Positions 51,306 through 61,157 of a stretch of 64,000 bases of DNA are shown one piece after another. This DNA is from Planctomycetota bacterium (GTDB lineage: Bacteria > Planctomycetota > SZUA-567 > H5-PLA8). The DNA lies in contig JBBRPR010000006.1 in assembly GCA_038227875.1 (NCBI GenBank), positions 161,272 to 225,271 of the forward strand, in the 5' to 3' direction. The notes under the pieces were generated by a model. The model did not search any database, was not told the origin of the DNA, and saw only the letters and a program-made list of their open reading frames with translations. Position 1 is the first letter of the stretch, and the number at the start of each line of letters is the position of its first letter. Made by a program: the position numbers and the translations under genes.

Positions 51306-52601
51306 ATGAAAGTCGATGTCCTGGTCTGTGGCGGCGGTTGTGCGGGACTGGGCGCGGCGATCGCCAGCGCGCGGGCGGGCGCAATGGTCATGCTGGTGGA
51401 GCGCGCACCCTTCGCCGGCGGCATCATCACCACCGTCGGTCTGCCGTTCCTCGATGGCATTGCCTGCTGGGAGACCGGGCGGCTCGTGGTGAAGGGACTG
51501 GCGCTGGAGCTGCTCACGCGACTGGGCGTCGCGCAGAAGAATGCCACGATCATCGAAGATATTCAGTGCGCCGTCGGCAACGCCTTTAAGCGGCACGGCA
51601 GCGTGGGACTAATGAGCATCGAGCGCTTCAAAATTCTCGCCGATGAACTGCTTCAGGAGGCTGGCGTCAAAATTCTCTACCACGCGATGGCCTGCGGCAC
51701 GGAAGTCCGCAATGGGCGCATCGAAGCGGTCTTCGTCGCGTGCAAAGACGGAATTGTGCGCATCGAACCCGGCGTCGTGATCGACTGCACCGGCGACGCC
51801 GACATCGCCAATTACGCCGGTTGCCCCATGGACATCCCCGCCGATCGCATGCCGATGACGATGCATTTTCGCATCGGCAATGTGAAGCGATCGAAGGAAA
51901 TGTACGCGCAAGCCGCCGCGGCCTGCAAACTCGCTCACACGGAAGGCATGCTGCCGCATTACTACGGCCCCGGCATCAGTTTTGTCTTCGCCGAAGACGA
52001 AGCCTACATCCACGCGGTGCGTGTTCCGGGCAACGCCGTCGACGCCTTCGATCTCACGCGCGCGGAAATGCAGGGGCGCAAGGATGCGTTCACCCTGTTC
52101 ACGTACTGGCGCAAGCACGTGCAGGGCTTCGAGAACAGTTACCTGATCGGCAGCGGCCCGTTCATCGGTGTGCGCGAAACCCGGCGCATCGTCGGGCAGC
52201 ACGTGCTGTGTGAGGACGATCTGATCCAGCGCCGCAGTTTCGACGACGCGATCGCGACAGGCAGTTGGTACATCGACCTTCATCCCAACAAGGTCACTGA
52301 AGGTTCAGCGCACCACAAGGACAGTCCACTGATCAAGCTCAAGCCCTACGACATTCCCTTCCGCAGTCTGGTGGCGCGCGGCGTGGACAATCTGCTCGTC
52401 GCCGGCCGCTGTCATTCCGCCACGCGCAATGCTGCCGGGTCAACACGCGTCACGGTCACAGCCATGGCCATGGGCGAAGCCGCCGGCGTCGGCGCGGCTC
52501 TGGCCTTGCGTCAACGCACGTCACCGGCGGAACTCAACGGCGCTGACGTACGGCGGGAATTGATCGCTGCCGGCGGCGGGCCATTTACGTATGAAGCGTA
52601 A
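51306..52601 (+). CDS. FAD-dependent oxidoreductase
   Basis: DVLVCGGGCAG, IDCTGDAD, GVRETRRIVG, YDIPFRSLV..NLLVAGRCHS and MAMGEAAG motifs; GGAGGAG SD. Confidence 0.92.
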   Translation: MKVDVLVCGGGCAGLGAAIASARAGAMVMLVERAPFAGGIITTVGLPFLDGIACWETGRLVVKGLALELLTRLGVAQKNATIIEDIQCAVGNAFKRHGSVGLMSIERFKILADELLQEAGVKILYHAMACGTEVRNGRIEAVFVACKDGIVRIEPGVVIDCTGDADIANYAGCPMDIPADRMPMTMHFRIGNVKRSKEMYAQAAAACKLAHTEGMLPHYYGPGISFVFAEDEAYIHAVRVPGNAVDAFDLTRAEMQGRKDAFTLFTYWRKHVQGFENSYLIGSGPFIGVRETRRIVGQHVLCEDDLIQRRSFDDAIATGSWYIDLHPNKVTEGSAHHKDSPLIKLKPYDIPFRSLVARGVDNLLVAGRCHSATRNAAGSTRVTVTAMAMGEAAGVGAALALRQRTSPAELNGADVRRELIAAGGGPFTYEA

Positions 52602-52622
52602 GCCTGGGGAAGATCATTGGGC

Positions 52623-53519
52623 TCAGTTGCCTTCCGATACCGCCTGCCGGCGCCGGTACGCTTTCGGCGAACATCCATAATGTCGCATGAAGCAGTGATG
52701 GAGGTGGCTGGCATCGGTGAAGCCCCACTCGGCGGCAATACTTTTCACTGGTCGTTCACTCAGCAGCAGCGCCGAGGCCGCCTGAGTCAGGCGATAACGC
52801 AACGCGAAGCGAGCGAAACTCAGTCCCATCAGTTGCTCAAACAGTCCATTGAAATAGTTGCGCGTCATTCCGCATTCTTTTGCCGCGTCTTGCGCCGATA
52901 CGTGCCGACGCGACGCAAAAACGAGCTCCACCGAACGGTTGATCCGAGTGTATCCGGACTGCAACGAATCGCTGGGCCCCGGCCGCCACTCGCGCTGCAA
53001 CAGCAGCAGGATTTCCATGAGCAGCAGCCGCTTCCACAGTTCCTGTTGCGCCGGCGCCCACGCACCCAGTCCTTCAAAGCGGCGCGCCAACTCCATTACG
53101 TTCGCACGCACGCCGGGCGGCGTCCGCGGACGCGCTCCCGGCGGCACGGTGAACGCGCGCAGCCAATTAAAATCCGGCGCCTCTTCGCAACGCATGTTGA
53201 CCAGCATCTGCGGGAGAATGACCAGCACCAGCACTTCACACGGAGCGCGCACCACTTTCCAGCCGTGCGGCTCCCACATTCCGCAGAACCAGACGTCGCC
53301 AGGATGCAGGTTGTCCTTCCACTGTTCATATTCCCGCTGCATCGTTCCGGAGAGCACCACACCAAATTCCAGTTCCCAATGCATGTCGAATTTGGAAACA
53401 CTGCGCGCAGTATGGACGTGTATTCCAGAGCGGATCGGCCGTTCGTTCGAGACGGCGTGGCGCGAATACCGGATCGCGCTGGGATTCCAAGTGTGTTCGC
53501 CTCGTTTTGTTCGGGCCAT
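52623..53519 (-). CDS. AraC-family regulator
   Basis: HWELEFG cupin plus IAAEWGFTDASHLHHCF..YGCSP; start approximate. Confidence 0.9.
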   Translation of the reverse strand: MARTKRGEHTWNPSAIRYSRHAVSNERPIRSGIHVHTARSVSKFDMHWELEFGVVLSGTMQREYEQWKDNLHPGDVWFCGMWEPHGWKVVRAPCEVLVLVILPQMLVNMRCEEAPDFNWLRAFTVPPGARPRTPPGVRANVMELARRFEGLGAWAPAQQELWKRLLLMEILLLLQREWRPGPSDSLQSGYTRINRSVELVFASRRHVSAQDAAKECGMTRNYFNGLFEQLMGLSFARFALRYRLTQAASALLLSERPVKSIAAEWGFTDASHLHHCFMRHYGCSPKAYRRRQAVSEGN

Positions 53520-53644
53520 GCGGGCAAATATACAAGTTTTAGCGCCGGACATACAAGCCTTAAATATTGAGCCTGAGCGCACTCGAGCTACAAAAAAGGC
53601 GTGAAGTTTTCGTTCAAATTTACAACGTCGTCGTGGAGGCGCTT

Positions 53645-54961
53645 ATGAAAGAGAACGTGGTGCTCTTCGGTGCTGGCAGCGCGGTGTTTACGCGTGGACT
53701 GGTCGCGGACCTGATCCGCCGAAAGTGGGACTTGGAACTGACGCTGGTCGACAACGATCCCCAGGCGCTGGCCGTCGCGGCGGGCCTCGCCGGGAAGATG
53801 CTCGATGCAGCCCAGTCCGCGATCCGGCTGCGCGCCACGACCGATCGCCGCGAAGCGCTGCCCGGCGCAACCGCGGTGATCTGCACCATCGGCGTGGGCG
53901 GCCGGCGTGCCTGGGAGCAGGACGTCTTCGTGCCGCGCAAGTACGGGATCTTTCAACCCGTCGGGGACACCTGCATGCCCGGCGGTTCCTCGCGTGCACT
54001 GCGCATGATCCCGGCCATGTGTGCCATCGCGCGCGACGTTCAGGCACTCGCGCCGACAGCGCTGTTTTTTAATTATGGAAACCCGATGGCCGCCACCTGC
54101 CAGGGCGTCTGGCGCGGCACCGGCGCCAATGTCGTGGGCCTTTGCCACGGCATTCCGCACATCGGCCAGTACCTCGCTCGGGCGCTGGACGTTCCCGCCG
54201 AAGCGGTGAAGTACACGGCGCTCGGCATCAACCACCTCACCTGGTTCACCGATTTCCGCGTGCGTGGCGTCGACGCCATGCCGCAGTTGCGCGAGGTCGC
54301 CCGGCGCCGCATCGCCAGCGGCAAGGAAACTCCATCGGAGAGTCTCTTCGCGTGGAAATTGTTCGATCTCTTCGGCGCGTTTCCTGCGGTGCTCGACCGG
54401 CACATCTGCGAATTCTTTCCGCAGTTCTATGCGGATGGCGGCTACTACGGCGGGAAGAAATTGGGCGTCGACGCGTACAGCTTTGAAGACACGATTGCCG
54501 GTGGCGACAAAACATTCGCGGCGATGCGCGAGTTGGCGCTCTCCAAAGCACCGCTTCCGGACGGCTACCTCGCTCAATTCGAAGGCGAGCACGAGCAGGT
54601 GACGGATATTCTTGAAAGCATCCGCACCAACGACGGCAAGGTGTACTCCGCCAACATCGTCAATGCCGGACAGGTGCCCAATCTGCCGCGCGACGTCTAC
54701 ATCGAATGTCCGGTGATCGCCGACGGCGGAACGCTCAAGCCGCTGCAGCAGAGCCCGCTTCCCGCGGCCATCGCCGGAACGCTCGCGACCCGCTTTGCAT
54801 GGGTGGAAACGATCGCCCAAGCGGCGCTCGAAGGCAGTCGCGAAAAATTCATTCAGGCTCTGATTCTGGATAACGCGGCGGGCTCACTGGAGATCGCCAC
54901 CGCGCTGGCCGATGAACTGCTGGCCGTTCAAGCACCGTACCTGCCGCAATTCCAACGCTGA
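53645..54961 (+). CDS. Glycoside hydrolase family 4 (NAD+/Mn2+-dependent alpha-glycosidase)
   Basis: [30 protein letters not shown] and GINHLTW motifs; GGAGG SD. Confidence 0.95.
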   Translation: MKENVVLFGAGSAVFTRGLVADLIRRKWDLELTLVDNDPQALAVAAGLAGKMLDAAQSAIRLRATTDRREALPGATAVICTIGVGGRRAWEQDVFVPRKYGIFQPVGDTCMPGGSSRALRMIPAMCAIARDVQALAPTALFFNYGNPMAATCQGVWRGTGANVVGLCHGIPHIGQYLARALDVPAEAVKYTALGINHLTWFTDFRVRGVDAMPQLREVARRRIASGKETPSESLFAWKLFDLFGAFPAVLDRHICEFFPQFYADGGYYGGKKLGVDAYSFEDTIAGGDKTFAAMRELALSKAPLPDGYLAQFEGEHEQVTDILESIRTNDGKVYSANIVNAGQVPNLPRDVYIECPVIADGGTLKPLQQSPLPAAIAGTLATRFAWVETIAQAALEGSREKFIQALILDNAAGSLEIATALADELLAVQAPYLPQFQR

Positions 54962-54965
54962 TGCT

Positions 54966-55907
54966 TCAGCGCCGGAAGGACGGCGGAGCGACGTTATTGT
55001 TCGCCGGCGGCACGTAGTAGTTCGGCGTCGATGCCGGGCGCGGAGCGGACGTCACGGGCGCTGGTGCTGGCGTCGGCGACTGCGTGACATACTTCGCACC
55101 CGTGCTCGTTTCGTGTGTGACGATGCCCGGCGGCGGTGTGCGGACGGTGGTTGGCTGCGACGCAAAATCGTACCGCGGATGATGCGTCGGCCGCGACGGC
55201 GTTAGCGCTGGCGTCAACACCTCGTTGTGATTGTAATTCGGCTGCCAGTGCGGACGATTCGCGATCGTCGTTTCCGGATTCCGCGGCGGCAGGTTGGGCG
55301 GGATCTGATTCTGCCAGCGGAAGCCATCGTTATCGCGGTAGGCAGAGCCGTAACTGTATCCGTAATCGCGCACCGGATAGTATGGATAGATGTTGTGCAC
55401 GAACGGCCAGCCGTAGACCACCGTGTGAAACGGATCGTAGTTGTAAACGTTCCAACCATCGATCACGACTGTCGACGGCGGATACGCGCTGACGAAGTCT
55501 TCCGGAGGCGCCGGCGGAACTGGCGGATTCGGCGGCAACGGCGCGGGCGGTGGCGGAATGGGATTCCCGTTTCCGCGAAGCCCGATCACGGTGTCGTCGG
55601 CCATCGGCACGCCTTCCTTCTTCGGCGCAACCGCGACTTTCGGCTTGGTGTTCCCAACCAATAATGCATCGACGACCGGCTTGGCAATCTTGGCCTCGTC
55701 GAGCTTCTTGTGATTCTCCGCCGTGTCGGCGATCGGCGGTTGCTGCGTCGCCCACGCGATCAGCACGTCATCGGAAACGCCCTTCTGATGGAGCGAAATC
55801 GCGTCGGCGAGCGTATCGACGGCGTGCGCGGGTGGCGTGAAACAGAAAAACGCCGCCGCGGAGAAGATCATTGCGGCGAGTAGTTTATGTGGTGTCACGA
55901 TGCTCAT
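54966..55907 (-). CDS. Secreted Pro-rich hypothetical protein
   Basis: Signal peptide ending AHA, 'LHQKGVSDDVLIA' short helical domain, and a Pro/Tyr-rich tail. Confidence 0.75.
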   Translation of the reverse strand: MSIVTPHKLLAAMIFSAAAFFCFTPPAHAVDTLADAISLHQKGVSDDVLIAWATQQPPIADTAENHKKLDEAKIAKPVVDALLVGNTKPKVAVAPKKEGVPMADDTVIGLRGNGNPIPPPPAPLPPNPPVPPAPPEDFVSAYPPSTVVIDGWNVYNYDPFHTVVYGWPFVHNIYPYYPVRDYGYSYGSAYRDNDGFRWQNQIPPNLPPRNPETTIANRPHWQPNYNHNEVLTPALTPSRPTHHPRYDFASQPTTVRTPPPGIVTHETSTGAKYVTQSPTPAPAPVTSAPRPASTPNYYVPPANNNVAPPSFRR

Positions 55908-55929
55908 GATAAGTGTCCTCGTCTCTCGA

Positions 55930-55953
55930 CATAATTATGGATTATCGATAATC
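55930..55953. promoter_or_regulatory. Palindromic operator candidate in divergent promoter
   Basis: CATAATTATG followed by the perfect 14-bp palindrome GATTATCGATAATC, upstream of a GntR gene. Confidence 0.6.
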
Positions 55954-55997
55954 ATTTATCAAGTGGATTCCGTTTTAAAAGAGTGGATAATCACGCC

Positions 55998-56669
55998 ATG
56001 AAACTGCAGAAAAATACCCTCTCCGCGCAGGTCAAGGACATCCTCCTCGACCGCATCGTCAAAGGCCGCTACAAGCCCGGCGACCCGCTGGTCGAACTGA
56101 CCATCGCCAAGGAACTCGGCGTCAGCCAGGCGCCCGTGCGCGAAGCGTTGCAGGCTTTGGAGTCGATGCGCTTCGTCGAGACCGGATCCAACCGGCGCAC
56201 GCGCGTGCGCGAGATCAGCAGCCGTGAAAGTTGCGACGGGACGCGCGTCCGCGGCCTGCTCGAAGAAGCCGCCGCGCTCCACGCCGCGCCGTACTTGAAA
56301 GAACACACCGCCGAATTACAGGCCGAGTTCGACGGCATGACGCGGGCGTATGAAGCCAAGGACGTCGACGTGCTGATCGCGCATCTCGTCAGCTTCCACC
56401 GCGTGATCATCACCAACGGCGGCAACAGCGTACTGGCGGAAGTCTGGGAGTCACTGTCGTACGAAGCGAAGTCGCGCATCTACGCGCGCAAAGTCGCGCA
56501 TAGCATGCTGGCGAAGGGCATCGAATTTCACAAGGAAATCCTGGACGCGTTTACCGCCGGCGACGGCCCGAAGGCCGCGCGGCTGCTGCGCGAACAGGCC
56601 GATCGCGCAGCCGAGTTTCAATTGCAGACACCGGCAACAACCGGAGACGAAGGCAAGGCGGAGAAATGA
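55998..56669 (+). CDS. GntR-family regulator (FCD/FadR type)
   Basis: IAKELGVSQAPVREAL wHTH plus FCD domain (R..LE, FH..I...GN..L, H..I). Confidence 0.93.
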   Translation: MKLQKNTLSAQVKDILLDRIVKGRYKPGDPLVELTIAKELGVSQAPVREALQALESMRFVETGSNRRTRVREISSRESCDGTRVRGLLEEAAALHAAPYLKEHTAELQAEFDGMTRAYEAKDVDVLIAHLVSFHRVIITNGGNSVLAEVWESLSYEAKSRIYARKVAHSMLAKGIEFHKEILDAFTAGDGPKAARLLREQADRAAEFQLQTPATTGDEGKAEK

Positions 56670-56679
56670 CTTCCGCCTG

Positions 56680-57081
56680 CTACTCGACGGACATCTCGCC
56701 GATTTCGTAGTACGACTTGGTTTCGCCACCCAGCGCGGCGGCTGCCTTCTCGTCGAGGGCCTTGCCTTTGATCACGACATGCTTGGGCGGTTCTTTCATT
56801 TCGGCGAGAGAGGCCACGAGCTTTTTGGTCGCTTCGCTGGCCTTCTCATCCACTTTCACCACGAACACTGTCTCGCCGAGCTTGATGGCCGGCATGCACT
56901 GCTTGGTCGCATTGAACGTGCAGTGCGAGCACCCCGCGAGCGCCTTCTGAATCTCGGACTTGGTCGCGTCATCGCTCTTCGCCGGAGCCGGATTTGGAGC
57001 AGGCTTGACGTCTTCCGCGCGGAGTCCCGTCACGGCCAGGCAGAGGCTGAAAAGTGAGGCGGCAATAAGAATTCGGTTCAC
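56680..57081 (-). CDS. Small secreted protein with CxxC...C motif
   Basis: GGGAG SD, GTG start, signal peptide and GCSHC...C motif. Confidence 0.75.
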   Translation of the reverse strand: MNRILIAASLFSLCLAVTGLRAEDVKPAPNPAPAKSDDATKSEIQKALAGCSHCTFNATKQCMPAIKLGETVFVVKVDEKASEATKKLVASLAEMKEPPKHVVIKGKALDEKAAAALGGETKSYYEIGEMSVE

Positions 57082-57234
57082 GTGAACACTCCCTTTCTTG
57101 GAGAAATGGAATCAGGCGGAGACAATCTATGCCCGGCACTTGGAATCGCCAGTGCGTTGCACGTGTTTTTGCACTACATAATTGCCCGCTGCAAATTGAA
57201 CGCTCAGCGGGGCGCTATTATTCGCAGAAACCGC

Positions 57235-58347
57235 TCAGAAATTGAGCTCCGGCGGCAACGGATCGTCGTCGGGATCGACGATGTCGTGGCAGGCGCGCAG
57301 GATCTGGATGGCGCGGAATTTCACTTCCGAATCGCTGCTTTCCGCGACCGTTTTCTTGAGCAGGTCCTGCACTGCCAGCGCCATCGGGCGCTTGTGGTCA
57401 ATCAGCGCGAGGATGCGGCGCGACGCGCCTTCGCGCGTGGCGAAGTCGTCGCTGGTGAATTCCACCGTCGCGTCGGTGACGCGGGTCAGCGTCTCCGAAC
57501 TGGGCGCGGCCGCGCCGGTGAGACCTTTTCCGCGCTCCACGGTCGACGCGATGAGTTCCGGCGACGCGTACTGCTCCGGAATGATGTAGCCCCAGCGCCA
57601 CGGAAGATGATTCTGCCGCGTCTTGTCCGTCGGCATCCACGCGTACGCCTGTTCGGGCATGTCGCCGCGATTGGGGCGGTTGCGGACCAGGTGCAAACGC
57701 CAGAGCGACTTCTTCGCTTTCGCGTCGTCGGTCAGATCCAGGTCTGAAAATTTGACTTTGAATTCCATCGTCCAGCTTTTGTCGTCCTTGGCCTTGGTCA
57801 CTTCACAATCGATCGACGGATTCCACGGCACTTCCAGGCGGCGCCAATTGTGGAGCGGGTACATGTGGGCGTGAATGAAGCGCGTCTTCTTGTCGACGTC
57901 GATGGCGATCTGGTAGTAGAGCTTCCCGCCGGAGCTGCTTTCTCCGGCGTAAAGGAAGCATTCGATCGAATCGTTCTGCCACGGTTCGTTGTTGGACGTG
58001 ACGCACTTGCTGGAGTCCGAATCTTCCGCGTGAATGCCGAAGAGCAGCGCGTCGTCGCTGCAGAAGATGCGCGCGGTCGTTGGCAGCTTGGCCGGAACGA
58101 TCGCCTCGCCGTCGATGGCGACCATGTTCAAGCTGGCCGCCTTCGCCCAGACGGGATCTTTCATGTCTCCGGTGAGATCCTTCGGCGCGACCAATTTGGG
58201 AATGAAGAGCAGCGGGCGTTCGCTCTCCAGGCGCGCCGGCAGCGCCTTGGCTGCTTCCGCCAGCTTGCCATCCGCGGGTTCAGGCTCCGCAGCCACAAGA
58301 GTTAGCGTCGCCAATACGAGAAGACAACTGCCCAGACGTCCGTACAT
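57235..58347 (-). CDS. Secreted CBM9/DOMON-like sugar-binding protein with HEAT-like C-terminus
   Basis: LTGDMKDPVWAKA, WQNDSIECFL, YYQIAID and WTMEFKVKFSDL motifs; C-terminal DDFATREGAS...DSEVKFRA. Confidence 0.75.
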   Translation of the reverse strand: MYGRLGSCLLVLATLTLVAAEPEPADGKLAEAAKALPARLESERPLLFIPKLVAPKDLTGDMKDPVWAKAASLNMVAIDGEAIVPAKLPTTARIFCSDDALLFGIHAEDSDSSKCVTSNNEPWQNDSIECFLYAGESSSGGKLYYQIAIDVDKKTRFIHAHMYPLHNWRRLEVPWNPSIDCEVTKAKDDKSWTMEFKVKFSDLDLTDDAKAKKSLWRLHLVRNRPNRGDMPEQAYAWMPTDKTRQNHLPWRWGYIIPEQYASPELIASTVERGKGLTGAAAPSSETLTRVTDATVEFTSDDFATREGASRRILALIDHKRPMALAVQDLLKKTVAESSDSEVKFRAIQILRACHDIVDPDDDPLPPELNF

Positions 58348-58487
58348 GATCCACCTCGCCCAACTCGCCCCAATTGTAAACCCGTGACGCTAACGTCAGT
58401 CACAGGTGAGGGGAATAGCCGATCTGGCATTTTCGATGCGGTATTTGGACACTGCTCAAAAATGCAGCACATGCTTCTGCACGAAAA

Positions 58488-58736
58488 TTATGCGGCCTCC
58501 CCTTTCAATTTTTTGCAAGCGAGATCAAGAGCAATCTTCAAACCCAATAGATCAACTTTACGTATAATTTGATCTTCCTTTAGATTTGGTCCCGGAGTCT
58601 CCAAAACAAATTGCTCGGATGTTCCTTCATTACTCAGCAATGCAAAAAACTTTCCATCATAATAAACCTCAGCGACCAATTTTTCGTATTCAGGAAGACT
58701 AGCGATTAGGATCTCAAAACCTCTATCCGTAAGCAC
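58488..58736 (-). CDS. Small AT-rich hypothetical protein (82 aa)
   Basis: AGGAAG SD-like sequence, GTG start; markedly AT-rich compared with flanks. Confidence 0.65.
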   Translation of the reverse strand: MLTDRGFEILIASLPEYEKLVAEVYYDGKFFALLSNEGTSEQFVLETPGPNLKEDQIIRKVDLLGLKIALDLACKKLKGEAA

Positions 58737-58772
58737 CGTTTCTCTTCCTTCCTAGTCTAGGAATTCAGATCC

Positions 58773-58806
58773 AAAAAAGAAGGGGGAGCGCAAGCGCTCC
58801 CCCTTC
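58773..58806 (-). terminator. Intrinsic terminator of tkt
   Basis: 12-bp perfect stem GAAGGGGGAGCG/CGCTCCCCCTTC with a 4-nt loop and T6 on the minus strand. Confidence 0.9.
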
Positions 58807-58835
58807 CCCTTTCCCTTTTCCGATACTTCGTACGA

Positions 58836-60911
58836 CTAGATGTGCTTGTCGCGCAGCAGTTCGTGCGCGGAGGCGATGACGCCGTCCGTGTGGAAGCCGA
58901 ACTTCTTCGCCAGTTCCTTCAGCGGAGCCGACGCGCCGAAGGTCTTCATGCCGATGATCACGCCTTCATCGCCCACGTAGCGGTGCCAGCCCATCGTCGA
59001 CGACATTTCGATCGAGATGCGCGCCTTGATGTTGTGCGGCAGCACCGAATTGCGGTACGCGGCGTCCTGGTGATCGAACAGTTCCCACGAGGGCATCGAG
59101 ACGACGCGGGCGTTGACGCCTTCGGCGGTGAGCTTCTCGTACGCTTCGACGGCCAGACCGACTTCCGTGCCCGTCGCCATGAGGATGATGTCCGGGCGGT
59201 GGCCGTTCGGCGGATCGATCAGGACGTACGCGCCCTTCGCCACGCCGGAGGCCGGCGCGAAGCGGGTGCGGTCGAGCGTCGGCATGTTCTGGCGGCTTAA
59301 GACCAGCACCACCGGTTCATGCTTCTTATGCATGATCACCTTCCACGCTTCAGCGACTTCGTTGCCGTCGCCGGGGCGCAGCACGATCAGACCCGGAATC
59401 GCGCGCATCGAGATCAGGTGCTCGATGGGCTGATGGGTCGGGCCGTCTTCGCCGACGCCGATCGAATCGTGCGTGAAGATGTAGGTTGCCGGAACTTCCA
59501 TGATCGCGCTCAAGCGGATCGTCGGCTTGCAGAAGTCCGAGAACACCATGAAGCCCGAGCCGTAGGGACGGAGCTTGCTGACGGCCATGCCGTTCAAGCA
59601 CGCGCCCATGCCCAGTTCGCGGACGCCGAAGTGGAGATTGCGGCCGCCGTACGTGGCGGTCGTGAAATCGCCGGCGCCTTCAAACGTCAGGCGGGTCTTG
59701 GTGGACGGCGCAAGGTCGGCCGAACCGCCGATGAGCCACGGCACGTTCTTGGCGATGGCGTTGAGCACCTTGCCCGACGCGTCGCGGCCGGCGACACCCT
59801 TGGGATCGGCCGGGAACACTGGAATGTCCTTGTCCCAGTTCTTGGGCAGATCGCGGTGCTGCATCAAGGTCAGATGCTCGGCCAGTTCCGGGAACTTGCT
59901 CTTGTACTCGGTGAAGAGCTTGTCCCACGCGACCTGCGCATCCGCGCCGCGCTTGCCGATGTTCTTCTTGAAGTGATCGTAGACGCCGTCCGGCACCAGG
60001 AACTTTTCGTTTTCCGGCCAGCCGTAGTTGCGCTTGGTTCCCTTGATTTCTTCTTCGCCCAGCGGTTCGCCGTGCGCGGCATGCGTGTCCTGCTTGCTTG
60101 GCGCGCCCCACGCGATGTGGCTGTCGACGATGATCAGCGTCGGACGGTCGTGGCTGTTCTCCGCGACCTTCAACGCGTTTTCGAGGCGTTCGAGATCGTT
60201 GGCATCGCCCACGCGCGTGACGTTCCAGCCGTACGCGACAAAGCGCGTCGCGACGTCTTCACTGAACGCCCACGAGGTGTTGCCTTCGATCGTGATGTGA
60301 TTGTTATCGTAGATCCAGCACAGGTTGCCGAGCTTCAAGTGGCCGGCGAGCGAGGCTGCTTCGCTGGCGCCGCCTTCCATCATACAACCGTCGCCGCCGA
60401 GCGCGTAGATGCGGTAGTTGATCAGGTCGAAGCCGGGCTTGTTGAAGTAGGCGGACATCCACTTCTGTGCGATCGCCATGCCGACGGAGGTCGCGAATCC
60501 CTGGCCGAGCGGACCGGTGGTGGTTTCAACGCCCGACGTCCAGTGGTATTCCGGATGGCCCGGACACTTGCTGTCCAGCTGGCGGAAGCGCTTGATGTCT
60601 TCGATCGTCACGGTCGGCGAGCCGACCTTTTCGTACTTCGCGTCCACCGACTTCACGCCGGTCAGATGCAGCATCGAATACAGCAGCATCGAGGCATGGC
60701 CCATGGACAACACGAAGCGATCACGATTGAACCAGATCGGATCTTCCGGATTGAATCGCATCTTGCGATTCCAAACCGTGTACGCGACCGGCGCCATCGC
60801 CATCGGCGTTCCAGGATGGCCGGAGTTCGCAGCTTGAACTGCATCCATGGAAAGTGTGCGGATTGTGTTGACGCACAGTGTATCGATATCGATTTTTGCC
60901 GGTGTGGCCAT
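58836..60911 (-). CDS. tkt: Transketolase
   Basis: SGHPG, RDRFVLSMGH, TTGPLGQG, GDGCMMEG, HFGVRE and THDSIGVGEDGPTHQPIEH motifs. Confidence 0.99.
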   Translation of the reverse strand: MATPAKIDIDTLCVNTIRTLSMDAVQAANSGHPGTPMAMAPVAYTVWNRKMRFNPEDPIWFNRDRFVLSMGHASMLLYSMLHLTGVKSVDAKYEKVGSPTVTIEDIKRFRQLDSKCPGHPEYHWTSGVETTTGPLGQGFATSVGMAIAQKWMSAYFNKPGFDLINYRIYALGGDGCMMEGGASEAASLAGHLKLGNLCWIYDNNHITIEGNTSWAFSEDVATRFVAYGWNVTRVGDANDLERLENALKVAENSHDRPTLIIVDSHIAWGAPSKQDTHAAHGEPLGEEEIKGTKRNYGWPENEKFLVPDGVYDHFKKNIGKRGADAQVAWDKLFTEYKSKFPELAEHLTLMQHRDLPKNWDKDIPVFPADPKGVAGRDASGKVLNAIAKNVPWLIGGSADLAPSTKTRLTFEGAGDFTTATYGGRNLHFGVRELGMGACLNGMAVSKLRPYGSGFMVFSDFCKPTIRLSAIMEVPATYIFTHDSIGVGEDGPTHQPIEHLISMRAIPGLIVLRPGDGNEVAEAWKVIMHKKHEPVVLVLSRQNMPTLDRTRFAPASGVAKGAYVLIDPPNGHRPDIILMATGTEVGLAVEAYEKLTAEGVNARVVSMPSWELFDHQDAAYRNSVLPHNIKARISIEMSSTMGWHRYVGDEGVIIGMKTFGASAPLKELAKKFGFHTDGVIASAHELLRDKHI

Positions 60912-61157
60912 GAGCTAACACTCCTCTTAGGGTTAGGGTTGTTGAACGCTCTTGCGCAAGTTTGAGAAAGATTAGCCATCTCCCCACAGATTTCAAGAGC
61001 GCTAATACAAACTTTATGCATTAAACGACTTCACACGAAAACTCGCAAAGTGCTGCGCTATGAGCGTTTGCGGTAAGAGCTCAAAAAATGTCGTTTCGTG
61101 TTATATATTTTATCGACCGCAATTCGGTTTCCCACTTCCAACTCTGACTCTCAACTT

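Noticed and set aside
56680..57081. CSHC (and CEHC/CPHC in 9042..10757) as heme c sites
   Set aside because: The pattern is CxHC, not CxxCH.
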